Shown here in pieces: positions 1 through 11,692 of a DNA stretch of 64,000 nucleotides (positions are counted from its first letter, which is position 1; each line of letters opens with the position of its first letter). Both the position numbers and the translations under genes were made by a program. Below the pieces are notes generated by a model. That model ran no database searches, was not told the DNA's origin, and was given only the letters and a program-made list of their open reading frames with translations. Source of the stretch: Puccinia triticina (Eukaryota); NCBI GenBank assembly GCA_026914245.1, contig CP110439.1, positions 434,001-498,000 of the forward strand, given 5' to 3'.

Positions 1-1465
1 GCTACTTTCTTCCATGGTTGTGCTGACAACATATGACATGATTGGCCGAACATCAAACACCTCAACAAGTGCACCGATGATTGAATCTCTGAATATCTGC
101 TGGTTCAGGATAGTCTTAGACGAAGCTCAGTAAGTACAAGAGGCAAACTCTCTCAAGGGAAGCAATATGAAGATGCTAATTATGTATAACATGTAGTATG
201 ATCAGGAACCAAAGTGCAACAAGGACACAGCTTATTCAACGTCTCAATGCAAAGTTTTTCTTATGTCTATCTGGGACTCCCCTGCAGAACCGCTTGACCG
301 ACATACAAAGCCTTGTTGAACTGTTGAAGATACAACCATGGAGTAACGAATGGATATGGAAGAATTTCCTAATACCTAACATAAATGTTGGGTCAAGCCA
401 CGCTATCAGATCTCTAAACAGGCTTATGGACGGAATATGCTTGAGGAGGACAAAGGAGGTCTTATTGAATTTGCCACCAAAGACGGAACGTGCTGTGGTC
501 GTACATCTCAGTTCTGACTGGGAGAAAGTATCACAAGACCTCCATCAGACTTTTGTGGAGAGTTTTGGGCGATTAAGAACCTCGGCAGATGTTTGGGATT
601 TTGGTGAATTCTTCCGGCAACTTACAATGATTCGACAATTTTGTAATCATCCACTTTTTGCAAGGGAAGAGGTTGAATTTAACGGGGAATGGGAATGGAA
701 TCACTCAGCAAAGGCGGTTCACCTGATCAATAAACTCAACGTATTGGCACATCAAGGAAGTCAAGCAAGGAAACCAAAGTCTGTGGTATTCTCAAACTAT
801 GTTGGATTCTTAAGGATGTGAGCTGGACGTTTTTTTAATCTCAAGCTAATACACCTTTGATTTCATCTACTGACAACAAACATTGTATATTTTTGGAAGA
901 ATTGAAAACAGCCTTCAAGCAAACAGCATTCAATCCACATGGCTTACTGGGAAGATGAGCATCTCACAGCGTGATGAAAGTCTGGCTCTTTTTCGGTGTA
1001 GTTCTGAGTGCAATGTGCTTCTCGGTTCAATTGGAGCGGCTGGAGTGGGGATAGATTTAAGATGTGCAGAAAATGTTTATATCATGGTGAGTGTAAGAGA
1101 GCCAAAAGCCTTATTTATGGAGATCTGACATAGGTTTGTATTTTTGAAGGAACCAAGCTGGAATCCGGCCATGGAGGCACAGGCGGTGGACCGTCTATAT
1201 CGTCTAGGGCAGGTGAACCCAGTAAATGTATATAGGTACTATGTACATGGCACACTAGAGATGAATATACATCAGATACAGAGAAGGAAAGGAGAACTGG
1301 CAACGTAAGTATTTCTCAAATTTGTCTGTTGCCTTGAATCTAAGGGAAACCATGTTTCAGGACGTGCACTAACTAGCTGATCTGGTGTCTAGGCTAAGTG
1401 TTCCTTCCGGTGGTGATGAAGAGTACCAGTCTGCTCAGTTATTGATGAGTAAATTATCTAGATGA
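1..1465 (+). CDS. SNF2-family (RAD5/RAD16-like) ATPase/helicase, 5'-truncated by the window edge; exons <1-129, 197-817, 900-1086, 1150-1304, 1393-1465
   Basis: Spliced translation gives WFRIVLDEAH (Walker B), LSGTPLQN (motif III), CLRRTK, RQFCNHP, SVVFSNY, GVGIDL and EPSWNP..EAQAVDRLYRLGQ (motif VI). All introns are GT-AG and preserve the frame. Confidence 0.9.
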
Positions 1466-2585
1466 AATGAAGAGTTATCAACTTACACAATTTATGAGTG
1501 ATCTCTAAGAGTTTGGAGAAGTCAATTGGAGGCCAAGGGTTAAGGAGGAGTTTAGGTGTCTCAGATAGTGTATTGATGTATTTGGGTGAGTAGCAGTTGA
1601 TTGGTAAATTTATGGGCACGTCAGAAAATTTGGGAGGAGTGGACGACATAGGAACTGAACGCCGGTTTTTGATTGTATAACTGTGTACATATTTGGGGCC
1701 TTTGGTGTTCGTTTTCTTGTGGATATGGATTTTGTCAAGTTGCTGAGCAAGGCTGTTGAATTCAGAAGACCTCCATGACAGTGGAACTTTGATGAGCGAC
1801 TTGTCCTGTAGGCGTTCAGTTTCAGAAGTGCATTTGATGTCATCAAATAACTCCTTTGTTTCAGTTGATATGTCGAGGTTGGACAGTGTCTGTTGGCGGT
1901 GTTTCTGAAGCTAGAAAATTGGATTTGGGTACAGAATTAGTATGAGTGAGAAAAGCATATCCCCTACCTGGCTTCGCAACTTGGATTTCAACTCCAATTG
2001 TTTCTTGTTATTTTGGCGGATAGGGGAAAACCTTCCAAGCCTAAGACCTTCGGCTCTTCCAAGGAACCAGCGGTGTAAGGTACCCATGTGGAGTTCTTGG
2101 TTTGAAGCTTTGCTAGGATCGATGTAGAATCTCTTGAAAACCCCGTATTGGTGGGCGTGTCTCCAGTGCTTGAGAATAAATTGGGCAATAGACTGGTTCC
2201 AGGGTGAGTCCCAAGGATATTGCCAAGCAAAGGTTGCTCCGGGAAATCCAGATGCTGCAACATCTTGAAGATATAGAACTCGGAAAACTTCGGGGATCTT
2301 CTCGCTTTTGAGGGAGGATGCACTTTCTGGAATGTGAGATATCGGATGAATCAAGATTGAGTGTGGAAGGCTGCAGCCGGTCTGGTAATCTTGAGGGGAT
2401 GGACAAATCCTCCAGGCTTCTGAAGATTTGGTGTTCAAGTCTAGCAATGTGCGGGTAAATGCAGCAATACTCCGACACAAAGGTGAAGTTGACTTTGGGA
2501 GTACAGTGGAATAGATACTATTAACTTTACGGGTGTTGGTTGGAGGAGTGTGACCGGTGAAGTGAGAGTGAGTTAAAGTCTTCAT
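1458..2585 (-). CDS. Hypothetical transposon-associated protein, paralogue A (WRS/PxxCY family); exons 2585-1968 and 1910-1458
   Basis: ORF 1911..2624 joins through a 57-nt GT-AG intron to a stop-free 151-codon exon. Motifs: TFAW..PWDSPWN, HRW, CTSETE, SWRSSEF..LD, LPINCY. Its stop overlaps the convergent SNF2 stop. Confidence 0.7.
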
Positions 2586-2808
2586 TGTGGGATTTTGAGC
2601 GAGTTGTTGGGGGGGGGAAGTCACATAACGTGGTCCTCTTATACAAAATCATTCGGATCTGGGTGAGCAAGAAGTGTTGATCTCATCCCTTTGTGTTCAG
2701 AATCTCAAAGGGGTTCTTAATTCTGGGCAGCATTGCATGAATGGCCCAGAAATACATACATAAGATTTATTATGTAAAGTGTTTGGCAGAGGTGGATGAG
2801 TACGTTGA

Positions 2809-2844
2809 TGTCACCAAAACGTACGCGCGTACGTTTTGGTGACA
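2809..2844. repeat. Perfect 36-bp palindrome TGTCACCAAAACGTACGCGCGTACGTTTTGGTGACA, copy 1
   Basis: Read directly; identical to the copies at 10140 and 19958. Confidence 0.97.
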
Positions 2845-3623
2845 ATGTGAAGGATGCCCACCCGCTGACTCGGAACACAAGGCTGACTTTAGTGTGACAT
2901 GTAATCACCCACCACTTTCAGACCCAATATACACCTTTTCCTATGACTCACCTGCAAACAAGAGACAAGATGCTCGACAGGCCACAATTTGATGTAATTG
3001 GATAAACTAAATTTTGGGAGGGAGCCCATTCAGGTCCAAAGCATTTTTGGTTTAAACTCACAAATCCGACACAGAATTTGCTTGATACTATCAAACTCAG
3101 ACGGATTGGACCCAATTGAATCAAATCAAGGGAGGTGGAACTTATCTAGGCACTTCAATATTTCTGTTGATCTGACAGTTTTTACGTGCATGATCTTGAT
3201 TTTGGAGTGCTTCCCCAAATAAATGTAATAGGGGGAGACAACAACAGAAGTTCAAGAAAAATGTGATGTTTGATCTGAAGTTTTGCCAACTGCCTCCTTT
3301 TCCCAACAGATTCTTTCACTATGGTAAACATGGTTGTACAACCCTTCAAAGTTCAAACCCAGTAACACATTTCAATATTCCGGATCTAGACCAAAATAAT
3401 GGAGGTTTTTTTTAGCACAAAACAGCAATTTGTGGGTGTGTATTGAATTGGTTGGCTAAGACTGTACCTTGGTGCAAAGTTACCCAGATATTTAGCAAGC
3501 ATATAGTTAATCAGAAGCAGACAACGGTGCATTGGGGGTTTCACAACTGCTGGTAAAATTGAGTGGCCCTGACATAGAGTGCCCAAGTGAGTTATGGTTT
3601 CTGATGCTTAGGTGAATCAATAA

Positions 3624-3914
3624 TCAGTCCATACCTCTTCCTAATCGGTTTCTTCTGGCCATCCAAGTTGCGTGCACGTTGGGGACAGACCAGGAAGGGA
3701 TCTTATGGTCGTGAGAATCCGCAACCAACTTGCATTGGAGTTGAACACAGTGATTCCAATTGATCCAGTCACGGGATAATCTCTCTTGGACGCTGGTGTG
3801 GGTGGGTTCACCGGAAAGGGGAAGTTCAATACTCTCTACAAAACCATCTATCCTATCTTGCATAGATTTAATCCACTTCAGTTGATTTTGATTGAAACAG
3901 AATGTGGTGGGCAT
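3624..3914 (-). CDS. Small hypothetical protein (~96 aa)
   Basis: Single ATG-started ORF with protein-like composition inside the gene-dense block; no recognised domain. Confidence 0.35.
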   Translation of the reverse strand: MPTTFCFNQNQLKWIKSMQDRIDGFVESIELPLSGEPTHTSVQERLSRDWINWNHCVQLQCKLVADSHDHKIPSWSVPNVHATWMARRNRLGRGMD

Positions 3915-4479
3915 TGTCAAAATTTGGCAAGTTTGAACAGCTTTGGTTGAGAAGAGGACGATGATGAAATAATTGGCATAAATGCTAATGAGTTGTGGCT
4001 ATTTAAGGTCAGATTTAATTAAGTTTTTCTGGTGCCAAAATATTCCGTTTATCTTTCTGCAAAGTGAACCATTCAAAAGCAAGTCATCCTCTGGGATTTT
4101 ACACGGGCATGAGTAATTGAGAAAACTTGCATGTGGGTTGATTGAAGTTAGTCAGTATGTGAGAATTTTAAGAATCACACCATCAGATCAGTGTGTTGAA
4201 TCTGTCCTTCTTATTCCCCTGCAATGCAGAAAGCAGTGTCTTGCTGTGTATTTGGACAACAAAATATGGTTCAAAGAAGAATAAGGGAGATGATGTCATG
4301 AGGCTGCATCAATCACGTGATGCCTTGTTGAAATGTCACAGCAAATTGTACTCAGTAAATTTGTGGGATAATATATGTTGGTAAGGAAGGGGGACCTCAC
4401 AGCTTAACACCTCCGTCTGGCTATCTAACCTTCCAACACCGATTTCTCATCATTTCTTTTGACTTAATTATCTGATCCT

Positions 4480-7400
4480 ATGAATAACATTCATCCTACC
4501 TACGTATGTCATTGTAAATCTCATGGATGCTATGCAACCCAGCATGAAGAAGAAGGTATTGGCGTGGTTCCAGGAAGAGTACTCTCTAGGGTTGCTTATT
4601 GAGAGCACCAAAGTAAGGAATCACAGTTACAATTGAAGGTGTCATCATTAGTTCCTCCTCCGCTTCTCACAGGTAGCACATCACACGTAAGCCGACATAA
4701 ATCCCAATCCATTTGATCAGTGGTACTGATAATGAGGTCTTCCGTTGTGTTCAAAATTCTTCACTGAGAAGGAACCATCTCACTCTAACATGGTCCTGTG
4801 TCAAAATTCCGGAGCCAGTGCACATCCTCTGTTCCTAGAGGAAGATTTCTGCAAACAAGTTATGCTGCAAATGGCGGAGTCCGTACTAAGAAACCGTCTC
4901 AGCAAGTCAGGTGCAGCTGATTTTCTTTGGGCAGCTCGTGAAAATGCTATTTTGCTCTCGAATATCTGGAGTAGTACCAATAGGACACTTGACGCATCCA
5001 GAATTGTGGAACAGATACCCCACACCCGCGAAGCCGTTTTTAACCGCCTTGGACTTAACCCTAGTATGACTACAAAAGTGTGCTGTCAAAAGTGCTTTGC
5101 TTTGTACCCACTAGACAACAAGACAAAACTCTGCCCAAAAAAATGCAATCAGCCATTCCTATCATCTTATCAGAGATTTTGCAAGTGGGCGAAAGAAAAT
5201 GAACTGCAACCTAGATGTGATCATGATCTTCTAAAGCCAAATCGAAACAATAAACTAAAGCCATTGCGCACATTCAGCTATGTCAAACTAGAGACTTGGC
5301 TCAAGGCACGACTTTCTGAATCACACTTTGAGAATCTACTAGATACCAGCCTGAGTGCTCGATCTCAGAGCTCTGATCAAATGATGGAGGATGTGTGGGA
5401 TGGAACCGTGTGGCAGGAGTTTCCTGCCACTGAAGAGGGTGATGGGATCTTCACCAAGACTTCTGGGAACCTTGTATTCAGCCTTTATCTCGACTGGTTC
5501 AACGCTGAAGGATCATCAAGCCTAGGTTCCCATAATTCTGTTGGTGCAATTACTTTGATATGCTTGAATCTTCCGCCCAGTCAACGCTACAAGATCGAGA
5601 ACATATTCCTTTTTGGTGTGATCCCAGGACCTAAGGAGCCTAGCCTTGATCAATTGAACCATCTATTGTCACCCTTAGTCAAGGAGCTGCTGTCATTTTG
5701 GAAGGGTGTTTGTTTCGAATCTACAGCATCACATCCAGAAGGCAGGATCATCCGTGCCGCAATTTTCCCCCTTATTGCAGACCTTCCGGCACTCCGCAAA
5801 ACAGCTGGTTTTGGAAGTCACGCAGCAACCTTATTCTGCTCCTTTTGTCTAATGGATAAGAAGGATATTGAAGAAACAGACCCGTCAAAGTTCCCTGCAC
5901 GATCCAACGAGAAACATCTACTCCATGCAAAAGCGTGGTTTGCACTCGATAGCTACCAGGCTCGGAAGAAATTCATGAAGAAACACGGTGCAAGATGGAG
6001 TGTTCTAAATGAACTCCCCTACTGGCGTCCAGTCGAATATTGCTTTATTGAGCTTATGCACGCTCTGATTCTTGGTGACTTAAAAGATCACAGCATGCGT
6101 TTCTTGTACCTGCCTTCGGCAGCCAAACAGCTCAAGTCAACTCAGGAGAAGGAGGAGGAGTGGCAGATGGATGCCCACTTTACGGCGCTTCCATTCACTG
6201 ATCTTTTTCCAAGTGAACCAAAGAAGATAGAGAAGTGGAGGCGCAGTGAAGAGCCAGATGATCCAACTTCAGAACTAAGGCCACCTAAGAGAGGAAAAAC
6301 ATCTCAAAACAACCCTTCCCTCAAGGGGAAACAGCGGGCAAATCAAGCTGATTCTAAATCTCAGTCTCAAGCCTCCTCGCAAACTGGCTCTGAGAGCACC
6401 CCAAGAAGCCACTCTTACAATTTCCGAGTTCGAAAACAGACGATTTACAATGAATGTGACGAGAGTGCAGATACTGAACACTCAGAAGATGACCGGAATA
6501 GTGATTGCACTGAGAGGGGACCGAAGAGAAACAAATCGTTGACACCACTGGGAAGAGACGGTGCTATCTCACATCGACTAAGGCCTCATGAACTTGAGGT
6601 GGTTCGACAAACACTCATTCACACCACAATCCCATCTTGGATTGACTGGGTTCCACATAATTTAGGATCAGCAAGTCATGGCTCGCTAAAGGCTGCTGAG
6701 TGGCTTATTCTCTACAAAGTTTACTACACGATTGCATTGATTCCTGTCTGGAAGAAAACTTATTCAGAGTGTGCAACGGAAGAGGAAAAGGAACGAGTTG
6801 AAATTTTGCTGGAATCTACGACTCTTCTTTCCAAGATTTCACATTTCCTCACCTTGCCAAAGATCAATCCCCAACATCTCCCAGAGCTTGATGATTTGAT
6901 AGTGAAATACCGCAAATGCCTCCATCGAGGATGGCCGGAAGAATCAACAAAGCCAAACCTGCATCTGACACAGCACTATTCTGATGTCATACAGAGGTTT
7001 GGTCCCCCTAGATCAACAGCAGCGTGGGCGCAAGAACGGGTTAATGGAATTCTCCAAAGATTACCAACAAATCACCACCCATGTCAGTCTGTGTTTTATT
7101 TAAATTCTGTTTAGATCATTACCAGCTGATAAGGTCTTTTTTTTTCTGGAGATCAGCCGAGATCCCAAAAACATTGTTGAAGGAATGGCACATAAACTCC
7201 ACCCTCCAACTTGTTATCCGTGGCGAAGAAGCAAAGAAAGGCGGTTTGTTGGGAACGGACAATGCAAAGAAGAAGAACAAATCCACTTTACATCTTGACT
7301 CACAAATGATGACAAAGTGGAAACAAGCTATTGCGGGGAAAGAGAAATCTAAGGGAAGGCTTTGTGCAAATCCCATGGAGCTTGATCCAACGGTATCAAG

Positions 7401-7850
7401 CGAAATTATGATAACAATCAAAGGAAAGAACTTCAGCACAGCAAATCACCATCTTGGAAATTCTTATATTGAGTTTTTCTTTGGCCCTGACCAACGGTTT
7501 GGAACCATCAAGAACATATTCCGCTCAATTCAAACACCTGGGAAAACATGGATTATTGTTCTTCCTTTCAAGGAACTGAACAAAACTGATGATCCCTACA
7601 ACGATTATCCGGACCTCAATTGCCGATTGGTTCGAGATGAGTTTGAAGTTGCAGTGATTGTGGAGGAGGAGAAAATTGTTGGACATGTGGCTGTCCTGAA
7701 GAACCCTGCAGGAAATTTTGGAATTTTAAGCGAGACCATCACAGCTGTTGGATTGGGCACGGTGGTAAGTCATTCTCATGTGATACGGTTTTTTTGGACG
7801 TTATCTGACAGATTGTTTGTCCAGGGATGGGAAGGTCTTGAGATGTATGA
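4480..7850 (+). pseudogene. En/Spm-CACTA (CMC) Tnp2/Transposase_21-type transposase, with one in-frame TGA in the probable first exon
   Basis: ORF 4745..7114 has DVWDG, LVFSLYLDWFN, SVGAITLICLNLPP..RYK.ENI, GVIPGPKEP, ADLPALRK..GF.SH....FCSFC, KPNLHL..HY and FGP...AWAQERVNG. The C-terminal part continues in 7081..7920 after an intron near 7082-7150. An N-terminal CxC..C..PG..H segment starts at ATG 4480 and contains TGA at 4600-4602. The end coordinate is approximate. Confidence 0.88.
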
Positions 7851-8178
7851 TCTATTTGGATGTTTTTTATTCTCATATGTACAAACTTTATATATATGTT
7901 TGCTTGGATGTTTTGCTTGAATAAGGGGTGCTTTCCCTTTCAGCTTGGTATATCGATGATACCAGATCTTCTGTTTCGGATCCGAGAAGCAACACAGTGT
8001 CCTCTATATATTATTCTGAAGTTACTCTGAACCCAAGACCATGTTCCTTGCTTATTGATTTTTAGATCACTCTACACTCGTCTCTGTCTCCTTCTTGAGA
8101 AACCATAAATATTCTCGATCAAAATTCAAAACATCTGTTTGCAATATTTCATCTTCAAATTGAGATTCAGCTACATCA

Positions 8179-9907
8179 ATGGATCATGAGCCTCAGGAAG
8201 TCGACGCCGACGGAGGTAACGGAAATGCTGATCAAGCTGGAGGACAGACTGGACCGCAAGGTGGGGGAAATGGTCAAGACGAACACAGCTGGATATCAAA
8301 GGTCATCGACAGCATCCTACCTAACATCACTGACGAAGCCAACCGTAATAGATCTGCTGGTAGCTCAGCTCCTTCTGGTGAGTTAGAAATCACAAGAAAA
8401 ATTTAATTATCATTTTTAAATTGATTTTGATTCGGGCTTTCATCGGCTAGGTTTGCACCCTGCAGGATTGTTGAACACTGACAGCGTCACGGAACGACCC
8501 CGACTGGATCCCCATTTCGTTGTTGAGAATGCCAGAGGGGCAAGAGCTCATGTGGAGGAGAATGGGATTCGAATCCGTGGGGAGCGCCGAGCCCGAGGAA
8601 TTGCTCGGAAGGAAGCTCTCAATGAGCATTGCGACAAGTATTCTCGTGGGATCCAACATTTTATCAAATTTTTCCTTGGAGGACCAGTAAAACCGCAAGA
8701 CTATCCTTCATCGCCGACCACAGAAGAATTAGAGGCTCTTTACTGGGTAGACAGGCAATCCAAAATGATAATTGAACAACTCGATAGGTTGCGTTCCAGT
8801 CTCTCGGCCAAATCTCTAGCGGAGCAAGACTTCTATGTGGCACAGGCCGAGAAGGAGATACGTAAGAATATCCCACTTCCAACATTCCATCCGGCTCCGA
8901 GGAAAGGTAATCTAGGAGGTGGAAAGCCAATCAGTCTCCAAACAAAGGGGGATGTTGAGCGAGCGCTAGCCTTAGCTGGAATCTCGAGATTCACGTTTGA
9001 ATGGAACGTTCCCCGTGACAAGGATTCGACTTGGAACTCTGCGGTTATTGAAGTGATGGGAAAGAAATCTGTGGAATGGCTTGGACGATCAATGAAAATC
9101 AGTGAGGAGGAGACTGGACAGGTGGCAGCTATCATTAAACGTTGGCTTGAAACTAAATCGCGAGAGATTCAACAGTACGGAGATATGGATGTTACCCAGT
9201 ACGATGATATCAAGTCAAAGAAATCAACCAAGGCACAATATCAGAGGTGGCGCAAGAATGTAAGTGCGGTGTCTCCTGCTCAACCCGTTTTTCTGAACCA
9301 GTAACACAAGTTGATAATTTGTTTTGCACTGCAACAGATCAAGGAGCAACAATGTAAGATGGGTGATAAAGTCTTTCATAATCTTCCCCAACTGGCGGTA
9401 GTGCTGGAGGACAAGAGGTGCCACTCGGATATTGAAGATGGACCGGACGGCGCGAATCCTATTAGTGTATTTCCAGCTTGGCGTAGTGTTCATCTCACAG
9501 AAATCCTCCACAATCTCGATCGAATGGTGCAAGCCCAAGCTACCCATCACAAAACAATCGAGACAAACAAGAAGATGTATGCACGTTCGGCACGTAACCA
9601 CGCGAAGACTGTTGGTGGAGCTATTGGCGTTGCACGTGATTGGCCAAAAGATTGCTATGATCAAGGGTTCTGGAACGGTCTGAGTAAATTCGAGCAGGAT
9701 ACTCTTTCAAAAATTCCGGAAGTCAACATTGCACAGATCGCTCAAGGCTTGACTCAGATTTGCCGAAGGGGTAATCACACCGGCTCCAGTGGTCCATCAG
9801 ACGGAGGAGTGACAAGCCGTGGTCAGAAACGAGTTCAATCTGAAGAACGGAATGATGACCAGGTGGGAGGTGTCCCAGGCGCTAGCGGAGGAATGCATGT
9901 TGATTAA
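8179..9907 (+). CDS. Hypothetical transposon-associated protein, paralogue B (WRS/PxxCY family); exons 8179-8377, 8451-9259, 9338-9907
   Basis: Three ORFs join in frame through GT-AG introns. Motifs: RFTFEW...STWN, KRW, CHSDIE, AWRSVHL...LD, WPKDCY. Lies directly downstream of the transposase in the same orientation, the usual position of a CACTA accessory ORF. Confidence 0.75.
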
Positions 9908-10139
9908 TCAAAAATGATGGTTTTTGGGGGGCAGGTGATTTTGTGTTGGCTGTTTCTTTTCTTTTCTAACGGTGGTATCCTTCTAAAAGATGTTTTCTCC
10001 AATTGTACTTCATTTTGATAATCTGGAGGCTGGAGATAGTTGAAATAGATTCTGGTATTTTGGAACCGGATTGTGATGCCGATTCCTGTGCAAAGCGTAG
10101 ATCCCGTGAAGAATGTGGGATCTGCAATCACCAGGTCAA

Positions 10140-10175
10140 TGTCACCAAAACGTACGCGCGTACGTTTTGGTGACA
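10140..10175. repeat. Perfect 36-bp palindrome, copy 2
   Basis: Read directly; identical to copy 1. Confidence 0.97.
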
Positions 10176-10250
10176 CAGGGCAGACCTACAAGTTGTATCA
10201 CAACTAAGCCCTCTGCCAGGGGTTTCTAGCGCAACAGAGAGAAATTATGA

Positions 10251-10715
10251 TCAAGATAAGTCCAATTGCAACTTATATGTAGATGAAGTGGGGTTTAAGT
10301 CAAAAACAACCAATCCTTCATCTACACTTGTGACCATTGTGATACCTGTTTGTTTGAGAGTTATTTCGTATGCAGAAAAGAGTGAATCCATATTACATAT
10401 GATAATTCCCCCTGGGTTTATTTGGAGAGGGAAAGACAAACTTGGGTGCTAGGACCTGAATGCATATCTATGCCCTTCATGATTCTTAACGTATGACAAA
10501 GTGTGTTTCTTGATGAAATCAGCTGGTGGTGCTCCCTGCTGATAAATAATGAACAGTTGATTATGTATTCCTTTGTCTACAAGGGGATTAATTAACCTAG
10601 AAGATGGTCTCTCAGACCTATGTAGATTGAAGATCGAGTCAAATAGATTGTGGTTGTACACAACCCTTTTTGTTGATGCGTCACCTGCTTCCAATGAGAA
10701 TATATAAGCACGCAC
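10251..10715 (-). pseudogene. Possible ~154-codon gene broken by one in-frame TAG
   Basis: ORFs 10449..10715 and 10251..10439 are in the same frame and separated by a single stop. No ATG start and no recognised domain. Confidence 0.3.
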
Positions 10716-11692
10716 TTTTCAATGGTTCTTGTCTCTTCCCCCCACCTCCCATAATTTCTCCACATCACAAGCGTCATTTAATCAACTCCATCAATTCTCC
10801 CAACCTATCCTCCTTACATATCAACACACAAAAACAATGAATACCGAGACCCCAAACACTCCTCATCCAGCTCCCTTACCAGCCGAACCCAATGCCACTC
10901 GAGAAGCTCCACCAACACCACCCCCAAGTAAGAATTTCATGGAAGTGGATTGTTCTTATTCCTGTTGTTCCTCTTACTGACTGATTACATCACACAGCTA
11001 AAGAGGTTTTAGAGCAGAACTTCCTTGGTCCGCCATTGCCAGCCCCAACGTTTGAAGAGTTCTCAACATCGATGAAAAGTAACGGCCTTCCTGAGCCCCT
11101 CAACCCAGACCAATCAATCCTCCAAAGCGAAATACAGCAGATTACAGCAGAGGAATTCAATCGTAACATTTCAACTGCTGAAACAACGTTACTTGGCTTG
11201 GTCAATCTGAGGCTGCCAAGGAGCCTCAAGAGGAAGATTGGCGAATGCGCTCATGAAATTAAAAACTCAAAATTGAGTGTGTTATCTGTTGAAACCATTC
11301 AAGAGTTTCCTGAACGAAAAGCTGATTTATTCCCTTCACCTTAGCATTTGAGGAGACCGGTGAAATAACAGACGATGAGGGAATCAGTATTACTGAAGCA
11401 CAGCCACCCCGCCCATCTTCCTGCAGCACAACCTTGGTGTCCACAATCCCAAGAAGATCGACAAAGAAAAGCAAAAAGGCCAACTCAGTTGACCCAGCCT
11501 TGCTATTAACCCAAGGACGTGTTTCTGTTCCTACGAATTCCAACACTCCAGCGGCTTCTGATAACGTCAATGGTCCTGACCTCCCGGTGGTGAACACATC
11601 ATCTGCGACACCTTTACTTGCCAACCCAGCATCGCAAACGCCTGCCACCCCCAGCCAGACCACATTTGACCCAGCCCCACAAACCATATCAC

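Noticed and set aside
2809..2844. Palindrome as the TIR junction or terminus of the CACTA element, or as a tiny MITE
   Set aside because: It contains CACC..GGTG, but no target duplication flanks any copy and homology stops at the palindrome edges; kept instead as a cis-site finding.
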